Assembly (NCBI GenBank): GCA_030627405.1
Contig: DAOUSD010000001.1
Span: 1 to 54,907 of the forward strand
Length of the DNA: 54,907 bases
From: Deltaproteobacteria bacterium
Lineage (GTDB): Bacteria > Desulfobacterota > Desulfobacteria > Desulfobacterales > ETH-SRB1
Reading direction: 5' to 3'
This document shows positions 25,520-33,696 of the stretch, piece by piece. Every line of letters starts with the position of its first letter. Position 1 is the first letter of the stretch. The notes beneath the pieces were generated by a model, which saw only the letters and a list, made by a program, of their open reading frames with translations, was not told the DNA's origin and ran no database searches. Made by a program: the position numbers and the translations under genes.

Positions 25520-27289
25520 TTATTTCAAATACTGTTTAAGCAATCTTTTAACCACATAAGCCATACTAGGCAGAATATTAGCAGCAGCCGACTCATTAGC
25601 CTCTGAAGTGGTTGTGTAGGCATTTAATTGCTGCATATAAGTTTTATAATAAGTTCCATCCGAATCTTTCTCGAATATGAAAGTATCTTTAATAAACCCG
25701 GATTCACTCAAAATGTAATTGTCTTCTTTCCTGAATTCTTTTATGTGACGAATCGGTATTTTCATCGGCTTTAATCCAATATGGAAAGAAACAAATGAAG
25801 GATCACATTCAATAAATATTTTCTTGGCACCAATGAACTTATTTTTTAATTGATCAATATTATCAGAAGGAAGCATGGAATTAAAAATACAATCGGTGAT
25901 GAATATTTTCTGATTCTTAATCTTAGCATACAAGGCAAGAAAATTGTAATCGGTATTTTTGCTATTCGTACTGGTTATTTTGATGTAAATAAAGTCGTAA
26001 CTGTCCGTGAAATCGTAATCTTTCCAGTATTTTAAGTTATCTCTGTTGAATATCTCGCTGTCTGAATAAACTCCTATTGGGAATAGGTGGGTGAAGCCGT
26101 AAACTATGGCATCTAATCGGTTTGGTGATTTTTCTCCTGGCTTTCCAGTATATAGTGCCATTTCTGTTTCTGCATCGGGAAATCCACCAACATGACTTAT
26201 TTTACCATTGTCGTATAAAGCCGAAATCGGTTCCGCTCTCAAGAGCTTACCTTTAGTGGCATGAATACCTTTTACTGGAATATTTTCATTAACAATCTGT
26301 ATAGTGTGCCGAATTAGGTCTCCGCCAGCATTCGTTTCAGCTACAACCCATGTTGCTCTATATTTCAAATAAAGATCGCACACTATTTTAGACCATTCTT
26401 TTGGCGAGTACGTTCCTGATTTATCTTCAAGCAAATAGCCTCTGCCGTCAAATCCTTTGGCGCAAACGGCAATCCCTGTCTCATCTGAAGTTATTTTAGC
26501 TGTCGTCGCAGGATCAACAGCAATCACTATTTCTTTTAGTTCTGGCCTATTAACTAACCTATATTTATTAAAATTAGCTTCTGAGAATAAAGACCCTTCT
26601 TCTACATCTGCAAAATCGCCTTTATAGAAACGTTTCCTTTCTTCTGCCGGAAGCTCAGATAGCATTTCAATGTATTCTTTGTCGATATTAGCCTCATTGT
26701 CGATAGGATTCATCTTCATGTAGCAATACTGCTCAGGATGCTTAATAAGTGTCTTATCTCTTGGGTCAATCTGCTCGACGAATAATTTGTAGCACCAGTG
26801 AAGTTTTGAGGGTGGATTGAGGTCAAGGAATATGCGATTTGTCAATCCAGATTTTTGAGCAAGACGAGTTTTTAGTATTGTGTAGGTAGTGTATGTGAGC
26901 TGCGAAACTTCATTCATCCATATCGTACTCAGTTCTATACCAAGTACTTTGTCTAATCCGCGAGCATCATCAGCACCTACAAAATGTATTTCGGAGCCAT
27001 TCGAGAAACGAGCAAACCAATCTTGTAAGTTTAATTTATATTCAACATTCATTAATTGGCAAACGTCCTTGAAGGTTTCATTTACAATTGACCTTTTTAT
27101 GTCTGAGAAATGTAGCCTAACGATTAAATGCCTGGACTTCTTTTTTAAAGCTCTGAACACAATAAAGAACATTATTATGAATGATTTTCCACTACGGCTT
27201 CCGCCATAAAGCATTGTGTATCTGTGAGTTAGCATTAAATTTAATGCAACTTCCTGCGTAGGATTATTCTTAAAACTAATTTCTCCCAT
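25520..27289 (-). CDS. terL: Terminase large subunit
   Basis: Walker A motif LYGGSRSGKSF is present, and the size is about 590 aa. The start was moved to the ATG at 27289 (MGEISFKNN) because the track start is an upstream alternative codon. Confidence 0.9.
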   Translation of the reverse strand: MGEISFKNNPTQEVALNLMLTHRYTMLYGGSRSGKSFIIMFFIVFRALKKKSRHLIVRLHFSDIKRSIVNETFKDVCQLMNVEYKLNLQDWFARFSNGSEIHFVGADDARGLDKVLGIELSTIWMNEVSQLTYTTYTILKTRLAQKSGLTNRIFLDLNPPSKLHWCYKLFVEQIDPRDKTLIKHPEQYCYMKMNPIDNEANIDKEYIEMLSELPAEERKRFYKGDFADVEEGSLFSEANFNKYRLVNRPELKEIVIAVDPATTAKITSDETGIAVCAKGFDGRGYLLEDKSGTYSPKEWSKIVCDLYLKYRATWVVAETNAGGDLIRHTIQIVNENIPVKGIHATKGKLLRAEPISALYDNGKISHVGGFPDAETEMALYTGKPGEKSPNRLDAIVYGFTHLFPIGVYSDSEIFNRDNLKYWKDYDFTDSYDFIYIKITSTNSKNTDYNFLALYAKIKNQKIFITDCIFNSMLPSDNIDQLKNKFIGAKKIFIECDPSFVSFHIGLKPMKIPIRHIKEFRKEDNYILSESGFIKDTFIFEKDSDGTYYKTYMQQLNAYTTTSEANESAAANILPSMAYVVKRLLKQYLK

Positions 27290-27994
27290 TGTAGTCTGAT
27301 TTATATTCCCAAATATTACCACCAACTGTTTTATACTTTCCTTTACAGCATTTGGCTATGCCGCTTGCGTCTAATCCCGTCTGTCTATGGGCATCCATTA
27401 TTCCTTCGTATTCAGATACTAAAGTTCCATTTATTGTTAATTTCACTATGGGCATACTAAGGTGATGATCTTTTCCAAATTTACCAGTGCATGAGCCAAT
27501 TCTTAAACCTGTATCGAATGCGTGCTTGTTGTTTTCTGAATGAGTAGCTTTCTCTAAATTAAGATAAAAGTTATTGGTTTTTATACTATCAATATGATTC
27601 GTTGTTTTTTTGTTTTCTGGATTATCGAGGAATGATCCTGCCACTATAATGAATGCACGTTTGATTTATTATCAGCCCCATTAACATTAATTCCAACTAT
27701 CATATAGTTATCGTTAAAATTAGTAACTCTAAGTATTCTACCTTTCATGGCATGCCATACCTTGCCATTCCATGCATCCCTACCAAGGCTCTTAACGCGA
27801 CCAAAATTAGATACACAATAAAATCCTTCAAACTCCTTCACATCCCTCCATTCTTCCTCAATTCCAAACCAAACTTTAGCTGCTCTAATTAAAACAGGTA
27901 AAAACTCATTTTGATTTCTTCCGGTATCAAACATTTTACGGAACCATCCTGAATAGATCTTAGCAATTTCTTCTTCTTTAAACTTTGATTTCAT
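27276..27994 (-). pseudogene. NUMOD4/HNH_3 homing endonuclease split by a frameshift
   Basis: The upstream ORF has EEWRDVKEFEGFYCVSNFGRVKS and ends ...NVHSL-stop. The next frame continues VAGSFLDNPENKKTTNHIDSIKTNNFYLNLEKATHSEN. Removing 2 nt at about 27645 restores VHSLVAGSF. Confidence 0.7.
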
Positions 27995-28100
27995 TCTATC
28001 GTTTTTTATTATACGTTATTAAAAGAATTGGAGCAGGAACGTAGAGACCTCTTGCGATCCGCCGCTAAGCGAATACTCCAATCCAAAGATACAAAATATT

Positions 28101-28259
28101 TTAATACCTACATGGATTCCTTCGATGGTTCTTCCTATTCTGTAATGTCCGGTTATGCAATTTATTTACCTGTATTGCCAATTCATCAATAGCAATAGAA
28201 GTATCTTTGAATGCTCTCTGTATGTGTATCGTTACTGAATCAATCTCTTTTAGCCCCAT
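28101..28259 (-). CDS. Small hypothetical protein, 52 aa
   Basis: Hand-translated ATG..TAA ORF. Its basic, low-quality C-terminus makes it uncertain. Confidence 0.25.
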   Translation of the reverse strand: MGLKEIDSVTIHIQRAFKDTSIAIDELAIQVNKLHNRTLQNRKNHRRNPCRY

Positions 28260-28272
28260 TGGTTAGATTAAA

Positions 28273-28431
28273 TTATTCTATTTTCTTTTTTATTTCCACT
28301 TTTACTTTCTCAATATACTTGGAAAGATTTTCAAGTTCATATTCTGAGCAGTCATTGAATTGTCGTACGCTTTCCAATAATTTACGCATATTTAAAAACT
28401 CTTTTGATGGCGGTTCTGGTATTTTTTCCAT
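28273..28431 (-). CDS. Small hypothetical protein, 52 aa (MEKIPEPPSKEFLNMRKLLESVRQF...)
   Basis: Hand-translated ORF that starts 3 nt after the exonuclease stop. Confidence 0.35.
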   Translation of the reverse strand: MEKIPEPPSKEFLNMRKLLESVRQFNDCSEYELENLSKYIEKVKVEIKKKIE

Positions 28432-28433
28432 AA

Positions 28434-29018
28434 CTATTCAATTACTCTAAGTTTAACAAGTTCATCGAAACATCGTTTGGTTGCCTTAACGTCTTCCCCG
28501 GCATCGTGAGCAGGAAATTTCTCTTCAAACAATTTATCGTACAATTCCAGCAAGGTAGGAAATTTTAATCGATTAGAATCCTTTTGCTTTGCACCAATGA
28601 ATTTAATCGTTTTCATCATTGTGCAGATCCTTTTAGATTTATCCAAAGCAGAATCAGCCATTAAGGCGAAAGAATCAGGCATCGCCCGAAGTATGTTTGC
28701 CTTTATGATTGAAGTGTCGAAGTAGATATTGTGAGCAATAATCTTCTCAGCCTTTGTGCAATCAGATATGAACTCAATCAGTACATCATTGAAGTAATGT
28801 CCTTTTCTCAATGCTATGTCCTGAGTTATGCCATGTATTTTAGCAACTTCATCGGATATTACCCAATCTTCTGGAAAGATTATATAATCCTTTAATTCTC
28901 CTTCGAATAGCCATGCAATCTGTACTATGTTAGGGAAGCCTTCGTAATCTGTTTTGTAATTCAGTCCTTTTGGGACAAGCCCGGTTGTTTCTGTATCGAA
29001 TATTAATTCCTTAGTCAT
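28434..29018 (-). CDS. DnaQ-like 3'-5' exonuclease (DEDDh)
   Basis: Motifs LIFDTETTGL, AHNIYFDTSIIK and HDAGEDVKAT. Confidence 0.8.
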   Translation of the reverse strand: MTKELIFDTETTGLVPKGLNYKTDYEGFPNIVQIAWLFEGELKDYIIFPEDWVISDEVAKIHGITQDIALRKGHYFNDVLIEFISDCTKAEKIIAHNIYFDTSIIKANILRAMPDSFALMADSALDKSKRICTMMKTIKFIGAKQKDSNRLKFPTLLELYDKLFEEKFPAHDAGEDVKATKRCFDELVKLRVIE

Positions 29019-29115
29019 AGATTTTATTTATAAGATTAAATTTTCAATCAATTTCTTTTAAGTCTTTAAAGTTTCTCTAATTCATCAATCAATACATTTA
29101 TCTCATATTGCAATG

Positions 29116-29322
29116 TTAAGATAATATCTTCCTTAAACTTCGTGACCTTTTCTGTAATGTATTTATTGCTGTGCTGGGTTTTATTAAAAGAATATTCCTG
29201 CTGCAAACATTCAATCCCATAAAGCCAACAGAAACAGAATCTTTTATGCTGGATATAACCTTTCCAATTTTGTTGATTCTCTCAATCAAATCTGCCACCA
29301 CTTTTGCGTTTTTGTATTTCAT
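29116..29322 (-). CDS. Hypothetical protein
   Basis: 68-aa ORF on the late strand. Confidence 0.45.
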   Translation of the reverse strand: MKYKNAKVVADLIERINKIGKVISSIKDSVSVGFMGLNVCSRNILLIKPSTAINTLQKRSRSLRKILS

Positions 29323-29324
29323 GA

Positions 29325-29540
29325 TTATTTTAGTTTATTTTTAGACTTATCTCCAGGTTCAAAATCGATCAAGATCCCTTCAAAGTACTTGACAGGAACC
29401 TTATTTTCTTTTATTAATGATCGCCTCCATCTCCGGCAAGTGTCACCATCAACCTTTAGATATTCAGCCAAAAGTCCGATATTGCGGAAATTCCTTATTC
29501 TTCCTGATTCAAATATACTGCATGGGTTTGATTTAGGCAT
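29325..29540 (-). CDS. Small, possibly DNA-binding protein
   Basis: 71 aa. The segment IGLLAEYLKVDGDTCRRWRR looks HTH-like. Confidence 0.45.
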   Translation of the reverse strand: MPKSNPCSIFESGRIRNFRNIGLLAEYLKVDGDTCRRWRRSLIKENKVPVKYFEGILIDFEPGDKSKNKLK

Positions 29541-29659
29541 TTATTCCAAGTTCTTTCCCGGTTAATGCAAAGTATAGGGTTTGGAGTTGGTGGACGTAAT
29601 GTATCCTTAGATCTGTTGGACAATACATGGTGTTATTTTTAAAAGTTTTATAGCAACTA

Positions 29660-30178
29660 TTACAATTCATCTCCTAAAGCATCCCATCCCTTTTTCCTGT
29701 CTCTGGCAAATAGCTCGATTCTGGGTAAGTCACCACAAAGCTCAACTATTTTATCAGCAAATATGTTTGGCTTCTTAGAATGTTGCTCATTTACTGCCTC
29801 AATGACTGATCTGATAGAATGACTAATTGGTTTAACTTTCCCTTTTGTTGCAATCAAGCAACATTCGGAACCTGCTCGCGTCCAGAAACCCATTCCGAAA
29901 AACATTTTCCAGAGTTTAGTTTTTTTAACCCAAACAAAACCGGTCATAGTTTTTAAAGTAAATCCCCATGCCTTGCATAAATCCAAAGCCTCTTGCGGCT
30001 GACTTCCAACCCACCACATAAATAGAATACAATTATCATCCGTATCCAACTCCATTTCTTTCATCTGTGCCAATGTCATTGTATTGTACTTTGCCGATGC
30101 TCCTGAAATCATAGAACCACCTGTGTTCTTGTTATTGAATGACCAAGGAGGATCTGCGTAGATTATTTGGTATTTCAT
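29660..30178 (-). CDS. MT-A70 family N6-adenine DNA methyltransferase
   Basis: YQIIYADPPWSF contains the DPPW catalytic motif, and the 172-aa size is typical of phage MT-A70 enzymes. Confidence 0.85.
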   Translation of the reverse strand: MKYQIIYADPPWSFNNKNTGGSMISGASAKYNTMTLAQMKEMELDTDDNCILFMWWVGSQPQEALDLCKAWGFTLKTMTGFVWVKKTKLWKMFFGMGFWTRAGSECCLIATKGKVKPISHSIRSVIEAVNEQHSKKPNIFADKIVELCGDLPRIELFARDRKKGWDALGDEL

Positions 30179-30193
30179 GTTAGTTTAGATTCA

Positions 30194-30505
30194 TTAAATT
30201 CCTTTCCTGCGAAGTTCCTCAGTAGTTGCATTACCCTTAGCTCGCATTTGTTCCAATGCAAGAAATACTCCTTTTACCTCATCTGGGGTAAGTCCAGATT
30301 CAATAGATGCCCTTAATATCGTGATTGTTTCTTGGAATCTTTTTATCTCATTTGCAAAATAAAGTGAAATTTCAATCAAATCTGAATTCATACTGCCATT
30401 GCGATCAATATCCTTTCGTGAGCATAAATCAATTAATTCATCAATTGAATACAGACTTTCTCTTGGTTCAACTTTTTCAAGTTCGCTAATGCTTCTTTGT
30501 GTCAT
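30194..30505 (-). CDS. Small protein carrying a tape-measure core motif at its C-terminus
   Basis: The start was taken at [11 protein letters not shown]. The C-terminus [33 protein letters not shown] parallels the tape measure segment [33 protein letters not shown]. Confidence 0.55.
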   Translation of the reverse strand: [103 protein letters not shown]

Positions 30506-30521
30506 TTCTATAATTTTTAGT

Positions 30522-30752
30522 TTATTTAAAAAATTGCCACCACTTCTTATTTTTACTTGTATCCACCCCAAGTAGTGCAATGTTTGCAGCCACTAAGAAG
30601 TCGTCTTGCATCTTTTTCATCGCAAAATATCCGTCCCTTCTATACACATCTCTGGACATGCGCTTAAATGTTAAACTTAGTTTTGTTTGCGCTCCACTTA
30701 GCGTATTATGCCTTACGCCATCTCTTTGTTCTTGATTTAATAATAGTTTCAT
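30522..30752 (-). CDS. Hypothetical protein
   Basis: 76-aa ORF on the late strand. Confidence 0.5.
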   Translation of the reverse strand: MKLLLNQEQRDGVRHNTLSGAQTKLSLTFKRMSRDVYRRDGYFAMKKMQDDFLVAANIALLGVDTSKNKKWWQFFK

Positions 30753-30767
30753 TATTTAGTTTCTAAG

Positions 30768-31016
30768 TTAAAAAGGAAAAACACACCCACATTCCTTACA
30801 AAATGCACCATCTATCCTAGAAAATAGCACTACTTCTGACTGATCGCACTCATCACATTTACTCAGACGCCTAGCGACACCAATAGGGAGTAACTCATCC
30901 TTTTTCACGGTTGCGCTATGTTCTTTAATCGCATGTGCTAAATCAGATTTATTTGCACCTTCTGTCTCAATGAAGTTTTGTAGAATATATTCGTATTGTA
31001 ATAGTAGTAGTTTCAT
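30768..31016 (-). CDS. Hypothetical protein with a C-terminal Cys cluster
   Basis: 82 aa with the pattern CDECD...CKECGC. Confidence 0.55.
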   Translation of the reverse strand: MKLLLLQYEYILQNFIETEGANKSDLAHAIKEHSATVKKDELLPIGVARRLSKCDECDQSEVVLFSRIDGAFCKECGCVFPF

Positions 31017-31036
31017 TATTCAAGTTTTAATACCAA

Positions 31037-31044
31037 CAAAGCTA
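31037..31044 (-). promoter_or_regulatory. Candidate -7 promoter box
   Basis: The minus strand reads TAGCTTTG, matching TAnnTTTG. 20 nt separate it from the ATG at 31016, and it sits at the end of a 370-nt non-coding gap. Confidence 0.35.
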
Positions 31045-31382
31045 ATCAATCAAAAGAGTTAAATCAAATCAATAATATCTATCAAAGTAAAATCCCTATA
31101 GACAATACACACTCCGATTTTTTTTTACCGCGCGCCAAAACCGCAATCCATTTCTTCTACACACAAAAAGGAAAAGAATTTTTTTTCTGAAAAGCAAACA
31201 ATACGAAGAATATACTAATCTAACATCAATTTGGAATTATTCAATCTAATTAAGATACTTAAAACTAAGGAAGTGTTGAGAGGTTGCATGAAGGAGTGGA
31301 ATACCATAACTACTAATGAATATACAAGCCAATAGGACTAAAAGGGTTTTGAATTTGGGGGCGGTGGGGTACGTGTCCGGGC

Positions 31383-31706
31383 TTACCTGTTTAATATTGA
31401 ATGAATGTGCTTAAGCTCGTTAATCGATGTGTTTCTGATCCTATCGGCGTTTAATATTACAACTCTGTTCTTATCTTTCGCGTTGCTGTTATACTCTGGC
31501 TTGTGTTTAAATATTAGTTCTTTCTCTTTGTTCTTTGCTTCGCGTTGTCCTGGCATTGAAAACATTTGAATATCACTGAACTTTCTATTTCTCCATGGAT
31601 GATCCTTTAATCGTTTGTAGATATTCTTTGAACATCCGATATAAACTATCTTGCCATCATCAATAAGGGAGTAAACAAAGTAAATGCCTTTCAATTCAAT
31701 ATACAT
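31383..31706 (-). CDS. GIY-YIG nuclease (free-standing homing-endonuclease-like)
   Basis: GIYFVYSL...KIVYIGCSKNIYKRLKDH and a later E (REAKNKEKELI) fit the GIY-YIG core. Non-coding DNA flanks the gene on both sides. Confidence 0.75.
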   Translation of the reverse strand: MYIELKGIYFVYSLIDDGKIVYIGCSKNIYKRLKDHPWRNRKFSDIQMFSMPGQREAKNKEKELIFKHKPEYNSNAKDKNRVVILNADRIRNTSINELKHIHSILNR

Positions 31707-32145
31707 GTTATTTAATTTAGTGTACTTACAGATCGGAAGTTTGTCTTATAATATATATTGTGTTCATATATGTTAACTAGATTATTCCAGTTTTGGTCTA
31801 TTGTGTTGCATGTGAGCGCAATACAGCGAGCACGATAAACAATCTCCTGTCCTAATATAAATGTAAGGTAGGATTTAATTGTGTACTATACAAGTTCTTT
31901 ATGTGCTTCACGTTGATTTGTCAGTTTGTCAGGCGTATTTTGAACATGCCCGTTTACTTACAGTTTGACACAATAATAAGCGTTTTACTTACAGTCTGTT
32001 ATTTCGTTACCGTCTGGATAAAACAGTTTATTGTATTAGTCGCGCTTTTGCTTTCATGTGGTATATTAAACGCAAAACCGACCCACTAAATTAATAATGA
32101 GCCGGAAAACTTTAATTCAAACTATGATGAAAAACAAACGATATC

Positions 32146-32643
32146 TTATTCCTCGTCTAATTTATCTTTTAACCCCTTATCCTGTACGTTAACTGATATG
32201 TTGGTGTTTGTGGCTGTTATCTCCTGCTTATCTGTTAAGCCTTCTAGCCTGGATACTATCAGAGGATTGAACGCCCCAACCATTGCACCTTCAAACCTTT
32301 GGGATGAAATTACATCGTGTATGTACTTAGCTATTACGGAAAAATGGAGGTCTTCTTCTACTTCTTTAATCTTCAAACCTTCTTTGAACTCGTTGAAGTA
32401 CTGAGAGTTAACTCCGAGATGAATGCAAAGCCCTTGATAAGTGTAAGGCGTTTCTAAGTCAACACTACATTTTTGTCCTGCGTTTGGCCCTGATTTGATA
32501 AAGTCTTGTTTCTGCCATGGGTTTAATCTACAGTGCTCAAAGTATTCGTTTGCGGCGTCGAACAGTTGTTGCGGTGATTTAAACTTTCTGGGTCTTCCTT
32601 GTTTCGGAGGTAATATGTCTTGAATGTCTTTTATTAGTTTCAT
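32146..32643 (-). CDS. terS: Terminase small subunit
   Basis: KQGRPRKFKSPQQLFDAANEYFEHC...TYQGLCIHLGV matches the remembered terminase-small HTH pattern. The start was moved to ATG 32643 because the track TTG start overlaps the promoter box. Confidence 0.7.
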   Translation of the reverse strand: MKLIKDIQDILPPKQGRPRKFKSPQQLFDAANEYFEHCRLNPWQKQDFIKSGPNAGQKCSVDLETPYTYQGLCIHLGVNSQYFNEFKEGLKIKEVEEDLHFSVIAKYIHDVISSQRFEGAMVGAFNPLIVSRLEGLTDKQEITATNTNISVNVQDKGLKDKLDEE

Positions 32644-32668
32644 TGCTTTGTGTCTTTGTATTAAGCGA

Positions 32669-32689
32669 TTCAAAGTTATAGCTAAAATT
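32669..32689 (-). promoter_or_regulatory. Late promoter candidate (third copy of the CAAAGTTATAG.TAAAAT core)
   Basis: The plus strand reads ttcaaagttatagctaaaatt, which gives TAACTTTG on the minus strand. 27 nt separate it from the terS ATG. Confidence 0.5.
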
Positions 32690-32966
32690 GATTACTACAA
32701 AATATATTATAGTTTTTCTTTATTGGGCGCTTCGCGCCGGGGAATTCTTTTTTTTCTTTTTTTCTTGTTGTCTCTATTGGGTAACGGTAGAACATTAATG
32801 TTGATCACTCGTTAAATAGTAAGATAGTATTATTCATGTGAAAATAGTATCATATTGTTGTTTGGTCCACTTCAATCACTTGATATTTAATAAATATTAT
32901 CTATGTTATTGCTTGAATTCTCTTTATTTCCAGCTAACGTTTATACATTTGTATAAATATATTTTG

Positions 32967-32974
32967 TATTTTTG
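32967..32974 (+). promoter_or_regulatory. Candidate -7 promoter box for rightward transcription
   Basis: TATTTTTG is an exact TAnnTTTG match with a TTTG upstream. It lies directly 5' of the GC-rich structured region. Confidence 0.4.
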
Positions 32975-32980
32975 TTATGT

Positions 32981-33125
32981 GGGTATTGAGGTACTCGCAG
33001 TCGAAAGGCGGCACTTTCGAGGTCAAAGCCTCACTCTACCAAGAGAATAACAGGGACAGAAAGCGAAAACTGAAATATACGCTAAGCGCAGACCAGGAGC
33101 GGCAATCCTGCAGGAGTGAGAAAAC
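32981..33125 (+). ncRNA. Candidate structured RNA or 5' leader (strand uncertain)
   Basis: A GC-rich island in AT-rich DNA. Hairpin TCGAAAG-gcggca-CTTTCGA lies at 33001..33020 and hairpin CAGGA-gcggcaa-TCCTG at 33094..33110. A long-range pair joins CTCACTC (33030..36) with GAGTGAG (33114..20). Confidence 0.3.
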
Positions 33126-33346
33126 AAAAGAATTCATTCCTATAAATGCAATAAACTGTTTAAATTGATTGTTATCAACTTGTACGCAACTACGATTCTA
33201 TCTATCTTGTTTTATAGCACAGCGTTTACGCATCGCATAAATAATTCAATGGTATTACTGGCACGCTGATATGGAAAATAAGACAATTGAATTTATAAGG
33301 TTTCAAGACCTTGACAGTCACAAATTAAACTTTTAAAATTATCATC

Positions 33347-33601
33347 ATGCAAAAATTAAACTATTCAAAGTTAATGGCAGCAAAGCCAACAGTTTATGAA
33401 ACTATTGTTAATCAATTAGGCCAAACCATTGAACTTTGCGAGCATCCAACAGAAGGAGATCTTTATCCGGTCATTGCAGTTTATCACAAAGAAAAAGCCG
33501 CCGCAAACACTGATTTTTTTGATACTGAAGATTTTCACGAAGGTAGCGATTACAATCCTTGTTTTAAAGATGGTGAAATAAAATGTTTTTTTGAGTTATA
33601 A
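33347..33601 (+). CDS. Small acidic protein, first gene of the rightward arm
   Basis: 84-aa ORF with a D/E-rich C-terminal half. Confidence 0.55.
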   Translation: MQKLNYSKLMAAKPTVYETIVNQLGQTIELCEHPTEGDLYPVIAVYHKEKAAANTDFFDTEDFHEGSDYNPCFKDGEIKCFFEL

Positions 33602-33646
33602 ATTTCAAACGCCTGTCAAGTTGGTACGACGTGAAATAATAAACGT

Positions 33647-33662
33647 TAACGGTTCAATTCCG
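33647..33662 (+). repeat. Early-arm intergenic motif copy (divergent 3' half)
   Basis: taacggttcaattccg. Confidence 0.4.
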
Positions 33663-33696
33663 TATTCAGGCTCTAATTAACTTTAAAACTTTTATT

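Noticed and set aside
28027-28085. Possible tRNA (a 7-bp acceptor-like stem followed by CCA)
   Set aside because: It is only about 59 nt long. It has no T-loop (GTTCRANYC-like) or D-arm, and the internal pairing does not give a cloverleaf on either strand.
31901-32089. 62-aa hydrophobic plus-strand ORF in the terS/GIY-YIG gap
   Set aside because: It is on the opposite strand to the whole arm, has no promoter-like box upstream, and overlaps the 12-bp direct repeats. It is kept only as a remote possibility.
32977-33168. 63-aa ORF and a possible tRNA in the GC-rich island
   Set aside because: The translation is basic and low-complexity, and the ORF is built over strong hairpins. The 7-bp stem with a 6-nt loop does not fit an anticodon arm, and no T-arm is present. 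The region is treated as an RNA structure candidate instead.
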